From an uncultured delta proteobacterium (GTDB lineage: Bacteria > Myxococcota_A > Polyangia > Polyangiales > Polyangiaceae), in assembly GCA_963850305.1 (NCBI GenBank), contig CAWKKR010000008.1, forward strand, positions 1,024,001-1,088,000: DNA of 64,000 nucleotides, in the 5' to 3' direction. The translations under genes and the position numbers were made by a program. The notes beneath the pieces are model-generated. The model was not told where the DNA came from, did no database searches, and was given only the letters and a program-made list of their open reading frames with translations. Of this stretch, positions 39,437 to 49,342 are shown one piece after another (position 1 is the first letter of the stretch; each line of letters starts with the position of its first letter).

Positions 39437-39462
39437 GCCGATCGTCCCCGGACCGGAGGGCG

Positions 39463-41739
39463 TCAGTATCCGAATACCTTCAGCGCCGCCTGCGTGTCCG
39501 AATCGAGACCGGCGAGAATGGGCTTCCTCCCGGACGCCGCGGCGCGCGCGCGCGCCGACGTCTCGGCGAGGTAGGTCTTTTGCCAGAGAGCGGCAGCAGC
39601 CAGGGGGTTGTCGGCAAGGACGTCCGAGGCGCATGCGGGGTCCACGTCGATCTGACACAAGGTCGGTCGTCTTCCGAAGTCGCCGGAGAGCAGCCACGAA
39701 CCCCAGCGTGTCGCGTAGCGCGCACCCAAGGTGGCAACGAGTGGGTGTCCGTCGAGCGGCAAGTTGCCTCGCGCGATCCCGAACAGGTCGGCCCCGTCGA
39801 GCCCGTCCGTGCTCGAGCCGAGAGCGTGAAGCAGCGTGGCGGTGACGTCGATGGTGGTCACGGGCGTGTCGATTTCCGTTCCGGCGAGTGCGCTGCCCGG
39901 AAACTTCACGACGAGCGGGGAGAGCAGCACGTCCTCGTGGAGCGGCGGCACGGGCGCGAACGGAATGCCCGGCGGATCGCCGGCGCCGACGTCACCCATG
40001 AAGACGACGAGCGCGCGGTCGTAGAGCCCGTCGCGATCGAGCTCTTGGATGATCTCGAGAATGCCCGCATCTTGCTTCTTGAGCGCCGTCTGCTCGAGGG
40101 CGCGCATCCGGCGGAAGTCATCGCCGGAGAGGCGCTGATCGGCGGCGCGCCGGTAATGCTGGGAGCGCAGGTTGGCGAGGACGATGGCACCCGCGCGCGG
40201 TTCGAGAGGGCCGGAGTACTCCGCCGGCGGCAGGGTCCCGACCTCGTCACGCGTGACGTCCCACGGCGGATGGCCGCCCCGCGCGTGAACGACGAGCAAG
40301 AGCTTCGCGGAGGGGTCCAGCGCGACCTGCTGTTTGATCCATGCCGCGCCATCCGAAAGCGGCTGAGAGGCGGCGATGTCCTTCACCGGCGAGTCCGCGT
40401 CGTACCGATCCCAGCCCCGATCGAAGCCGAACGCCGGGAACGTCGTCGGGACGCCGGTGAGGAACGCCGCGTGGGCGCTGCCTTCCTTCACGCGCTCGTC
40501 GATGAGTCGGACGTCATCGGGTAATCGCGACATCGCGTCTTCAAAGCTCTGCGCGTGGGGCGAGAGACCGGTGAGCAAGGAGGCAACCACCGGACCGGCG
40601 ACGGTCGTCGGCGCACGGTAGCGATCGAACGCCACGCCGTCGCGAACCAGTCGGGAGATTGCCGGAAATCCGTCGGGCGAGCTCCACGGCGGCACCATCC
40701 GGTGGTCGAGCCCCGCCGCGACGATGATGACGGCAATGGACGCAGGCGGCGACCACCAGGGTGCGTCGGGGGTCGACACGGTTTCGGGCTCGCCGAACGC
40801 GACGCGCCCCCCGCCGATGGAATCCAGGGCGTCGAGTTCGATGCCGACGACGCGTCCGATATACGGAACGAGGTCCGCGTCGACACGCGACCAGGCAGCG
40901 CCAGTTCCACCGCTGACGGTTCGTTCCACGAGTGTCCGGGGAGCGCTTCCGTCCTCGATCACACGGATCCGAGCGGTGCCGTGGCCGTTGCCCCAATACC
41001 CGAGGCTCGTCCTGAACCGCATGCCCGCGGCTACCCGCATGGCGCAGCGCACCCGGGAATCCGAGCGCAGAACGATGGCTCGCTTCGGCAGCCCTTCGAG
41101 AACGACGTCCGTGACGACGTCGCGCAACGTCGGCGCGGCGTAGCTATCGTTTCCAGCCTCGACCGGCGGCGGCCCGAGACGGACCCAGTCGAGATTCGCA
41201 TATGGCTCGTCGGCGCCGAGAGAGGCACCGTTGAACCGAAACGTGACCGTATGCGCCCCTGCCGCCAGTTCGTCGATCGGCACCGTCGTGACGACTCCGG
41301 GTGCGTCGCGCGGCAGCGCCAGGACACCGAGGCGCCGATCGTCCACGTATACGCTCACCCAGTGAGACGTGACGCCTTGGGCGCGGAACGACACCGTGAA
41401 TCGCGCGACCTTCTCGAACAGCGAGAACTCGTACGCCAGCCGCCGGGTGTGAACGCGCGCGAACGCGCCGTCCGTTCCTTCTTGAAGCGTGACGTCGGTG
41501 AAAGGACCCATCGAGTGGTCACGACGTGCGTCGACGGATCCAGCCCCGACGTCCAGAAACACGCCTTCGTGCTCGATGTCGCAGCTCGGTAGCTCCCGGA
41601 TCCAGTCAGTTGCCGCCCGCGGTCCCGACCTGGTGGTCACTGCGGCTGGGGAGATCTGTCGAGGCTTCGGCGCGTCCGGATCGCTCTTCTGGCAGCGCCC
41701 GAGGAGTCCGAGCGCAACGACGAACACCGACCATTTCAC
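39463..41739 (-). CDS. Sulfatase-like (alkaline phosphatase superfamily) exported protein with N-terminal beta domains
   Basis: GTG overlaps the upstream stop; 'GVAFDRY.AP...ASLLTG..P', GFDRGWD, 'PLVVKFPG', 'IDV.AT'. Confidence 0.8.
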   Translation of the reverse strand: MKWSVFVVALGLLGRCQKSDPDAPKPRQISPAAVTTRSGPRAATDWIRELPSCDIEHEGVFLDVGAGSVDARRDHSMGPFTDVTLQEGTDGAFARVHTRRLAYEFSLFEKVARFTVSFRAQGVTSHWVSVYVDDRRLGVLALPRDAPGVVTTVPIDELAAGAHTVTFRFNGASLGADEPYANLDWVRLGPPPVEAGNDSYAAPTLRDVVTDVVLEGLPKRAIVLRSDSRVRCAMRVAAGMRFRTSLGYWGNGHGTARIRVIEDGSAPRTLVERTVSGGTGAAWSRVDADLVPYIGRVVGIELDALDSIGGGRVAFGEPETVSTPDAPWWSPPASIAVIIVAAGLDHRMVPPWSSPDGFPAISRLVRDGVAFDRYRAPTTVAGPVVASLLTGLSPHAQSFEDAMSRLPDDVRLIDERVKEGSAHAAFLTGVPTTFPAFGFDRGWDRYDADSPVKDIAASQPLSDGAAWIKQQVALDPSAKLLLVVHARGGHPPWDVTRDEVGTLPPAEYSGPLEPRAGAIVLANLRSQHYRRAADQRLSGDDFRRMRALEQTALKKQDAGILEIIQELDRDGLYDRALVVFMGDVGAGDPPGIPFAPVPPLHEDVLLSPLVVKFPGSALAGTEIDTPVTTIDVTATLLHALGSSTDGLDGADLFGIARGNLPLDGHPLVATLGARYATRWGSWLLSGDFGRRPTLCQIDVDPACASDVLADNPLAAAALWQKTYLAETSARARAAASGRKPILAGLDSDTQAALKVFGY

Positions 41740-44700
41740 TGCGCGTTCGTCGTCCCTATGTGGGTGCGTCGTCCCGCCCGGACCTCGACACCCGTGGTCG
41801 AATCGATTCCGTCGCCCCGGACGTGCACGTCGTGGTGCCCCGGAGCGAGCGGGATCTGACGGATCGGCCCGATGCCGACCGGAACGCCGTCCACGACGAT
41901 CGCGTACGGTCCGCCCGCTTCGATCTCGAGAAGGCCGCGATCCGGCGCCACGGAGAGCCCGGGCGGCAAATCCAGGTCGTCCTTCGTGATCCATCGGACG
42001 CCGTGCAACGCCGCGCCCGGCGGCGCCGCGCTCATCACGGCGGGCGGCGCCGCCACCTGGAGGGCCGAGGGGGTGCCCGATGGCGCCGCGGTCGGTACGG
42101 TCGAAGGAACGACGTCGGATGGCGATCGACGCGCCACGTCGTTTCCGCCGCGAATCGCCGTCACCAGCGCATAGCTGGCGACGGCGGCCACGATGATGAC
42201 GACGAAGACGCCGACGAAGCCCTTTCGGTCCTCCTGTCTTGCTGCCGTGGGACCGGGCTTCCCGACCTTGTTCCCGCCGACGCGTCCGGCGAGTGCGGCT
42301 CGTTGACGCTTGGGCGGCACGGTCGGCATCGTTGAAATGGATTCTTCGGAGGCGTGACCCGACGACGCAGGCGCGACGACAGCCTCGGGCGCGACGGGAC
42401 TCTCGCCGCCCACGGCCGAGAGCACGGCGTCCCCGAGTTCGAGCGCGGGCGTCTCGGCGGTCGTCGAAGGCTTTTCGGGCCCGCTCTCTGCCGCCGGTAC
42501 GGAGATCGCCGGCATGACGCGCGTATAGTCGACGGCGAGTCTGGGCGGAGCGGACGTAGCCTGACGCGCTTCGGGCACGGGCTCCGACGCGGCGCTCGCG
42601 ACCGGCGCGGATTCGTGCTCCACGCGTGGTCCCGGCGGTTCCGAGACGACGGTCGGCGGAGCACGCTCGCTCACCGCTTCGACGGCATCCCGGGGACTCG
42701 CGCGAACCTCCGAGGGCATGGGCGAGGGCACGGAGCGCAGGGCCTCCTCCAGCGGGGACGGCTCCGGCGGCGCCGAGGTCGGGGGCGCGTGAGACTTGAA
42801 AATAGGGCGGGGCGTTTCGCGACGGGGCTCGGGGCCCGAGGGCGGCACCAGGCTATCGACGAGCAGCGCTGCGAAACCGACGTCCGCGTCGGCGGGCGCC
42901 GAGGCCCCCTCGGGCGGCGCTACAATTGGCGCAGCGACACCTGGGTCGGTTCCGAGACGTGCCGTGTCGACCGCCGGAGCCGTCGCTTCGGCCGCCCCTA
43001 GGGCACCCAATACGGCCACCTCGGTTGCCAGAAGATCTTCGCCATCGATCCCGGAAATGCGCCCGATGGCACCGTGCAAAACCAGGTCGACGAGTACGGA
43101 TTCGAGCAAGCGCGAAGACGTGCCGGTCGCCAGGAGCTCGGAGGGGGCCGCGCCCTCCGCCAGGCGACGCACGATGGTCCCGACCGCTTTCGGCGTGGCG
43201 GCGAGATAGGGGGACAGCGCGGCCTCTTCGATATCGATGCGGGCGACGCGCGACGGTTCCGCAAGGAGGCTTTGCGCCGCGCGCGCCGTGAGCACGAACT
43301 TCGAGATCAGCTGCCTGAGCTCGGTGTCCCAGTCGCTGGCGCAGGGTGAATCGTCGCGCCGCACGGCGAAGCGCCCGGCCCGGACCCCGAGGAGACCCGC
43401 GAGCGCGCGCTCACCACTTTCTGCGCGTCCCTCTTCGGTCGTGCGCGTCGCCGTCCGGAGTCGACCACCGCGGACGCAAGCCTCGTACAGATACGCCGCG
43501 TCGCGGATCGTGACGCGCACGTTCGTCCCGAGCCGGCACGCGAGCTCGAGCACGAGGCGCGGGGTGAGACCGTCGAGACGGCCGCGCACCTCTTCGCCCG
43601 TGGCAAGACGGGCCTCCACGCGCGCGCGGGGAAGCAACACTTCACGCACGCGCTGCACGACCGCAGACGACGTCGCCTCCTTCCGGAGATAGCCGTCAGC
43701 GTCAGCGCCGAGTTCCCGCATTTTCTGAAGGAGGTCCTCCTTCCACGACAGCAAGATCACGGGCACATCGCCGAGAGCGACGTCCCGCTTGATCTCCCTG
43801 CAAAGTCCGAAGCCGTCGAGCCCCGGCATGAGCACGTCGCTGACGACCAGGTCGGGCCACTCGGAGCGCACGAGCGCGAGGGCGCGATCACCGTCGTGCG
43901 CTTCGAGCACTTCCGCGCCCGCCGCGCGCAGGAGACCGCTCAGAAACCACACGACCGACGGATCGTCGTCCACGACGACGATCTTGCGTCCGCCGAGGTC
44001 GACGCCGGCGGCCGAGCGACTTTCACCGGCCCCGGTGGCGCGCTCCGTCGCCATCATGGGGGACAGAGGAATAGCGCCCTCGGGACCGGTCGCGTCGAAG
44101 CGAATGGCGCCGCCCGAGCGAAGCGTGACGAGCTCGCGCACGCGTGCGACGGACGCCCACACGGCCGCGAGAACGTCCGTGCCCTCGCCAAGCGAGACGG
44201 CGACCGAACAATCCTTCGTCTTCAACGATTCCACGAGGCCGCGGCGAAACTCGTGAACGAGGCGTTCCGCGAGGGCCTCCACGCTGACGTCGCCGAGCGG
44301 CTCGAAGCGCGACGGAGGCGCGGCCTGTTCCCTGGCCACTTCGAGCACGGCATGCTTGAGCGTGTCCGGACTGACGGGACGCGATAGAATTCGCGCGACT
44401 CCGAGCGCCGCGAGCCGCGCCCCCGCCTCGGGCCGGTCGAACGAACCGATCGCGACGATGCGAACCGGGTCGAGGAGAGGGTCGTACGCGAGCGTCTCCG
44501 TCAACTGAATCGCGTCGGGACGATCCGCGTCGATGACGACCACGTCGGGCGAAATGATGCGAACCAGATCCTCGGCTCGCACCGTGTCCTCGGTCCGTTC
44601 CCATTCGACCACTGGCCCACCAGGCGCCGCGGCGTTGAAGGATGCGACGAGCGTCGCCGAGCCGAACGCGAGGGCGCTGATCGGCCAGGAGCCTGCGCGT

Positions 44701-45095
44701 CGCTCGAGCGGTGCGGAACCGGAAGTCTCAAGGGGCCGGAGCGACGGTGCGGCCGCGCCGAGCACCAGCGACGGCACGAGATCGATGGTGCGCCCGACGA
44801 GCGCGAGGTCCGACACGCCGAGGCCGGTCGCACCCGCACGGCCGAGAACGGTCTCGGCTTCCCGGAACGCCTCGAAGACGCGCTCGAAGCCCAGGACACC
44901 CGCCGCGGCACCGAACGCATGGATCCGGCGCCGCAGGTGGTCCCGGAGCGCCGCGGACTTCGGCGTCTGCTCGAGCGCGAACAACGCCTGCCTCAGCGCC
45001 TCCAATCGGCGCCCAAGGCTGCCCACGAATTGCGCTCGGGGCTCTTCGAGGCTGGTCTCCGCATCGCCGGGCACAGCCCCCGCTCGCTCGACCAT
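41736..45095 (-). CDS. Membrane-anchored multidomain response regulator (Hpt-like, degenerate REC, REC, DUF4388-like, Pro-rich linker, TM, PEGA-like)
   Basis: 'RIHAFGAAAGVLGF'; 'PDVVVIDAD'; 'VVDDD..PDLVVSDVLMPGLDG..ADGYLRK'; TM helix; 'IVVDG..G.GP...L.PG.H'. Confidence 0.85.
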   Translation of the reverse strand: MVERAGAVPGDAETSLEEPRAQFVGSLGRRLEALRQALFALEQTPKSAALRDHLRRRIHAFGAAAGVLGFERVFEAFREAETVLGRAGATGLGVSDLALVGRTIDLVPSLVLGAAAPSLRPLETSGSAPLERRAGSWPISALAFGSATLVASFNAAAPGGPVVEWERTEDTVRAEDLVRIISPDVVVIDADRPDAIQLTETLAYDPLLDPVRIVAIGSFDRPEAGARLAALGVARILSRPVSPDTLKHAVLEVAREQAAPPSRFEPLGDVSVEALAERLVHEFRRGLVESLKTKDCSVAVSLGEGTDVLAAVWASVARVRELVTLRSGGAIRFDATGPEGAIPLSPMMATERATGAGESRSAAGVDLGGRKIVVVDDDPSVVWFLSGLLRAAGAEVLEAHDGDRALALVRSEWPDLVVSDVLMPGLDGFGLCREIKRDVALGDVPVILLSWKEDLLQKMRELGADADGYLRKEATSSAVVQRVREVLLPRARVEARLATGEEVRGRLDGLTPRLVLELACRLGTNVRVTIRDAAYLYEACVRGGRLRTATRTTEEGRAESGERALAGLLGVRAGRFAVRRDDSPCASDWDTELRQLISKFVLTARAAQSLLAEPSRVARIDIEEAALSPYLAATPKAVGTIVRRLAEGAAPSELLATGTSSRLLESVLVDLVLHGAIGRISGIDGEDLLATEVAVLGALGAAEATAPAVDTARLGTDPGVAAPIVAPPEGASAPADADVGFAALLVDSLVPPSGPEPRRETPRPIFKSHAPPTSAPPEPSPLEEALRSVPSPMPSEVRASPRDAVEAVSERAPPTVVSEPPGPRVEHESAPVASAASEPVPEARQATSAPPRLAVDYTRVMPAISVPAAESGPEKPSTTAETPALELGDAVLSAVGGESPVAPEAVVAPASSGHASEESISTMPTVPPKRQRAALAGRVGGNKVGKPGPTAARQEDRKGFVGVFVVIIVAAVASYALVTAIRGGNDVARRSPSDVVPSTVPTAAPSGTPSALQVAAPPAVMSAAPPGAALHGVRWITKDDLDLPPGLSVAPDRGLLEIEAGGPYAIVVDGVPVGIGPIRQIPLAPGHHDVHVRGDGIDSTTGVEVRAGRRTHIGTTNAQ

Positions 45096-45158
45096 CAGCC
45101 GCCCCGTAGCATGAACGGGGGGTTTTCCGCACCTTTCAGAACGCGCCGGGACGACATT

Positions 45159-45956
45159 TCAGAGGCCCATCTCGCCGGCGAAGACATGGCGAGCGGGCCC
45201 GAGGAGCCGAACGGACCACGAATCTGCGTCAACCGTCACTTCCAGGGGACCCCCAGGCAGCCGAATTTCGATGGTTTCTCCGAACGGCGCCCGTCCCGTC
45301 AGGCCGAGGGCCGCTGCGGTGGCGCCGGCACCGGTTCCACACGCGAGGGTCCGTCCAACGCCTCGCTCCCAGACCACCACGTCGAACTGGCGCGGGCCGC
45401 GCTTCGAGACGAACTCGACGTTGACGCCGCCCGGAGTTCGTCGCGACACCTCGGGCCCGAGCCGGTCGATGGTCGCGACGTCCAGGGCCGTATCGAAGAG
45501 AATCGCGTGCGGGTTCCCGATCGAGACTCGAGTGAAAACGTATTCGCGGCCATCGAAGGAGACGCGGTGCTCCCCTTCGGCGATGGCGACCCCGAGATCG
45601 ATGAGGACACTCCCCTTGTCACCGGTGCGAGAGACCTTGCAGCGGCGCGGCCCTGCGTCCGTATCGACGACGTATTCGGCCAGGTCCCGTCCGTCGCGAC
45701 GAGCGAGGTGGAGGGCGACGCAGCGCAGGCCGTTGCCGCACATTTCCGGGCGGGAACCGTCGGCGTTTTCGACGATCATCGTTGCAGCGGCGTCCGGGGT
45801 CCGCGGCGCGGCCACCGTGAGCACGCCGTCCGCGCCGACACCGAAGTGCCGGTCGCAGGCGCGGACCACCCGCTCGGCGCCGAGCGGCTCCTCGCGCTCG
45901 ACGACGATGAAGTCGTTTCCGAGTCCTTCGTATTTCTCGAATCGCACTGGATTCAC
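45159..45956 (-). CDS. dapF: Diaminopimelate epimerase
   Basis: KYEGLGNDF, EMCGNGLRC, GNPH, ERGVG.TLACGTG. Confidence 0.97.
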   Translation of the reverse strand: MNPVRFEKYEGLGNDFIVVEREEPLGAERVVRACDRHFGVGADGVLTVAAPRTPDAAATMIVENADGSRPEMCGNGLRCVALHLARRDGRDLAEYVVDTDAGPRRCKVSRTGDKGSVLIDLGVAIAEGEHRVSFDGREYVFTRVSIGNPHAILFDTALDVATIDRLGPEVSRRTPGGVNVEFVSKRGPRQFDVVVWERGVGRTLACGTGAGATAAALGLTGRAPFGETIEIRLPGGPLEVTVDADSWSVRLLGPARHVFAGEMGL

Positions 45957-46057
45957 GCGTTTTGCCAGGAGTGTCGCCCGCGGGCCTCCCGTTCGTTCAG
46001 GTCGGTTGCCGTGGTTCGGGGCCAGACCGGGGAGCTTATGGTAAGCCGCGACGCGGA

Positions 46058-47641
46058 ATGCGGCGACCCCTTCTCTTGAACGGCTTCATGACGACCGGCA
46101 AGTCCACGGTCGGCAAGCTCGTGGCGAAATCCCATGATTTCATCGACCTCGACGTCCAGGTGGAGCGCGACGCGGGAGCTTCGGTGTCCGAAATCTTCGC
46201 GACACGCGGCGAAGCCGCGTTTCGCGCTCTGGAACGCGACACTCTTCGCGCATTGCTCGCCGACGGCAAGCCGCGGGTCATCGCCCTCGGTGGCGGCGCG
46301 CTCCTCGATCGCGCTCTCCGACTGGAGGCGCTGGATCGCGGAGTAGTCGTCACGCTCGATGCCACGGCGGACGAGGTGGTCCGGCGCGCGGCGTCGAGCA
46401 ACGCGCGCCCGCTCCTGGAAGTCGAGGACCCGCGCGCTCGAGCCGAATCGCTGATGTCAGACCGGCGTCTGGCGTATGCCGAATGTCACGCTCGTATTGC
46501 CACGACGGGCCGCGATCCGGCCGACGTCGCGCGCGACGTCCTGGCCGTGTGGCATCGCGATCCGATCGCCGTCGCCGCGGGCACCGCTTCGTACACCGTC
46601 GACATCGGCCATGGCTTCGCCGCGGGGCAGCTGGTCCATTGGGTTGCTGGTGCGTCCATGGCCCTCGTCGTGACTGACGAAAACGTCCGGCCACATCACG
46701 CCGGTGCCATCGAACGGAGTCTCGCGGGCGCGGGAATCCGCTCGGCGACGGTGGTGCTCGAGCCCGGCGAGGCGCACAAGAACCTCGCGTCGATCGAGCG
46801 GATCTGGGACACCGCGCTAACGGCAGGGCTCGATCGAAAGAGCCGGATCGTTGCGCTGGGCGGCGGCGTCGTGACGGACATGGCCGGCTTCGCCGCCGCG
46901 ACGTGGATGCGCGGAATTCCGTGGATCGTGCTGCCCACGACGTTGCTCGCGATGGTCGACGCGTCCGTCGGAGGCAAGACCGCGATCGATCTCCGGGCGG
47001 CGAAGAATGCCGTGGGTGCATTCTGGCAACCAGCCGCGGTGCTCTGCGACGTCGCTCATCTCGCCACGGAGCCGGAACGCGGTTACCGGAGCGCGCTCGC
47101 CGAGGTCGTGAAGACGGCGCTCATCGGCGACGCGGCGCTGCTAGACTTCGTCGAAACGCACGCGCCGGAAATTCTCGCGAGAGTTCCCGACGCCGTCTCC
47201 GAGATCGTGCGCCGATGCGTACGGGTGAAAGCCCGCGTCGTCGGACTGGACGAGCGCGAAGACGGACTGCGCGCATGCTTGAACCTCGGACACACGATAG
47301 GGCACGCGCTCGAGGCCCACGCCGGCTACGGTGCTCTGCCCCACGGAGAAGCGGTGAGCCTCGGACTCGTCGCGGCCCTGCGCATCGGTGAGCGTCTCGG
47401 AACGACGGACCGCGCGTTGACGGAGCGCTGCGTCCGAGTCCAGGCCGCGCTCGGTCTTCCCGTGGACCTCGCGTCACAGCCGATCGCGGACGCCGTGGCC
47501 CTCGTCGGGCATGACAAGAAGCGCGCCGGCTCCAGGATTCGCTTCGTCGTGGCCCGCGCGCCCGGAGACGTTGTGTTCGTCGAGCTCGGCCTTTCGGAAC
47601 TGCGCGAACACGCTCTGTCGCTCGTGAAGCGCGGCGTGTAG
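46058..47641 (+). CDS. aroKB: Bifunctional shikimate kinase / 3-dehydroquinate synthase (AroK-AroB fusion)
   Basis: GFMTTGKS, DLD, GE..FR..E, GGG; then GGGVVTD, PTTLLAMVDASVGGKT, LNLGHT.GH. Confidence 0.95.
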   Translation: MRRPLLLNGFMTTGKSTVGKLVAKSHDFIDLDVQVERDAGASVSEIFATRGEAAFRALERDTLRALLADGKPRVIALGGGALLDRALRLEALDRGVVVTLDATADEVVRRAASSNARPLLEVEDPRARAESLMSDRRLAYAECHARIATTGRDPADVARDVLAVWHRDPIAVAAGTASYTVDIGHGFAAGQLVHWVAGASMALVVTDENVRPHHAGAIERSLAGAGIRSATVVLEPGEAHKNLASIERIWDTALTAGLDRKSRIVALGGGVVTDMAGFAAATWMRGIPWIVLPTTLLAMVDASVGGKTAIDLRAAKNAVGAFWQPAAVLCDVAHLATEPERGYRSALAEVVKTALIGDAALLDFVETHAPEILARVPDAVSEIVRRCVRVKARVVGLDEREDGLRACLNLGHTIGHALEAHAGYGALPHGEAVSLGLVAALRIGERLGTTDRALTERCVRVQAALGLPVDLASQPIADAVALVGHDKKRAGSRIRFVVARAPGDVVFVELGLSELREHALSLVKRGV

Positions 47642-47777
47642 GGCACCCCCAAAATCAATAAGACTTATATGAGCGATCCGGAATGATCCGCCGACTTTTG
47701 GCACTGTCGCGGCGACCCGCATACAATTGACGTTAGACCCCGCCCCCACGCGGCGGGATCAGCCGAGGTTCGCCAGA

Positions 47778-48554
47778 ATGAACAGGATGCTCCGTCCCCT
47801 CGTCGCCGTCGGCTTCGTCGCCGCCGCAACCGCCGTATTCTCTCAAGGATGCGCGGACAACAACAGCTCGCTGTTCATCGTCGGCGTCGAGTACGACAAG
47901 CCTCCGACCTGCGTCGTGACCGCGGACCCGACACAAGAGGAACTCGGTTATGGCATCCTGGATGTCGCGTTTCGCAGCGATTACCAGGCGTGGCTGCTCG
48001 TCGGAAACCAGTTCACACCGCGCGGCTCGAAGCAAACCCTGCGAACGGAGACGACGCGCATCAATCTCCGTGGCGCCGAGGTGACACTGACGAATTCGGA
48101 TGGGAGCGCGCTCAAAGACGGCAACACGACCGTGGGGCAATTCTCCGTGTACGGCAGCGGCTACGCCGACTCGAGCACGAGCGAGGAACCGGGATGGGGT
48201 TTGTTTGCCGCAGATCTGATCCCGAGCAGCGTCGGGGACATCCTGGCGAAGCCGTTCAACGGCAAACCCGGAGGCATCAATACGGTGGTAGCGACGGTGC
48301 GCGTCTTCGGCAACACGCTCGGAAACACCAGCGTGACTTCCGGAGAGCTGAGCTTCCCCATTCAGGTTTGTTACGGCTGCCTGGTTCAATATCCGCTCGA
48401 GGCGCTCGTCTTCCCCACCAACGGCGGGACGCCGACGTGTAGCGCCGGGAGTACGGACATTCCGGTCCCGGGTTGCCGCGTGGGACAGGACGACACGGTC
48501 GATTGTCGGTCGTGCCAGCAGCTCAGCATCTGCCAGACCCTCCAGACGCAATGA
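47778..48554 (+). CDS. Cys-rich lipoprotein, unknown function
   Basis: Lipobox SQGC; 'VCYGCL', 'CRVGQD..VDCRSC'. Confidence 0.8.
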   Translation: MNRMLRPLVAVGFVAAATAVFSQGCADNNSSLFIVGVEYDKPPTCVVTADPTQEELGYGILDVAFRSDYQAWLLVGNQFTPRGSKQTLRTETTRINLRGAEVTLTNSDGSALKDGNTTVGQFSVYGSGYADSSTSEEPGWGLFAADLIPSSVGDILAKPFNGKPGGINTVVATVRVFGNTLGNTSVTSGELSFPIQVCYGCLVQYPLEALVFPTNGGTPTCSAGSTDIPVPGCRVGQDDTVDCRSCQQLSICQTLQTQ

Positions 48555-48973
48555 GGGCTCGTGGTCCGGCGCGCCGGGGCCGTTCGCTTCGCGATCGCGG
48601 TTTCGACGCCCTCAGCCGCACGCGCTGACCCTCAGCGGAACCGCGACGCTGCTGGGCGTTGCCTGAACGGGGGCGTGCGGAGCGTGGTCCGCGCCGAAGT
48701 TCTACGGCACGGGGCCGAGGAGGCGTCCTCTTCGGGCGCAGTCGCGACACGGACGTCAGCGCCGGGCGGAGCTCGGAACCGCTGGCTTTCGCGACGCTCG
48801 CGCCCTCGCCGGGGCGACCGTGCGCCTGCCCGCCGAGGTCGACCTTCGCACTCGGCGTGACCCCCGGCTCCTATGTCCGCTCCTCGCCGGAGGGCGCTCT
48901 CGCGGAGCGCGGCGGAGGCCCGGCGGCGCGACCCGGTATTTCCATCGTACCCGGTGGATGCTACGGTCCTTCC

Positions 48974-49312
48974 ATGGAGCGCCCGTCGGTCGAGCTGCGC
49001 GTCGGCGGTCAGACGTATCGGGTCGTGGGCAGCGCGAGCCCGGACGAGCTGACTCGCCTCGCACAGATCGTCGACGGCAAGCTTCGGGAGCTCTCCGCAG
49101 GCGGCGCGTTCCATCCGCAGAGCATGCTCCTCGTCGCGATGGCCCTGGCGCACGAGCTCGAACAGGAACGCGGTCGTCGTCGCGATGCGGAGCAACGGTC
49201 GCGAGAGAGTCTGCGCCGGCTGCTCGACCGCGTCGATGCGGCGATAAGCGAGGTGGAATCCGACCCGACGCCGCTCCCGCCGTTCGCCGACATCTCTCCG
49301 CCGAACGCGTGA
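48974..49312 (+). CDS. zapA: Cell division protein ZapA
   Basis: 'VELRVGGQTYRV...L..LA..VD.KLREL...LLVAMALAHEL' plus coiled coil. Confidence 0.9.
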   Translation: MERPSVELRVGGQTYRVVGSASPDELTRLAQIVDGKLRELSAGGAFHPQSMLLVAMALAHELEQERGRRRDAEQRSRESLRRLLDRVDAAISEVESDPTPLPPFADISPPNA

Positions 49313-49342
49313 AGTCGTCGACCACGAAAGCGTTCGCCCTGT

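Noticed and set aside
47650..47682. dif-like AT-rich site
   Set aside because: Poor match to XerC/XerD arms; more likely promoter DNA
47698..47716. Sigma54 promoter TTGGCACTGTCGCGGC
   Set aside because: The -24 box is good, but the -12 box lacks TT and GC is common by chance here
49313..49342. 6S RNA downstream of zapA
   Set aside because: Only 30 bp separate zapA from the convergent tetR gene
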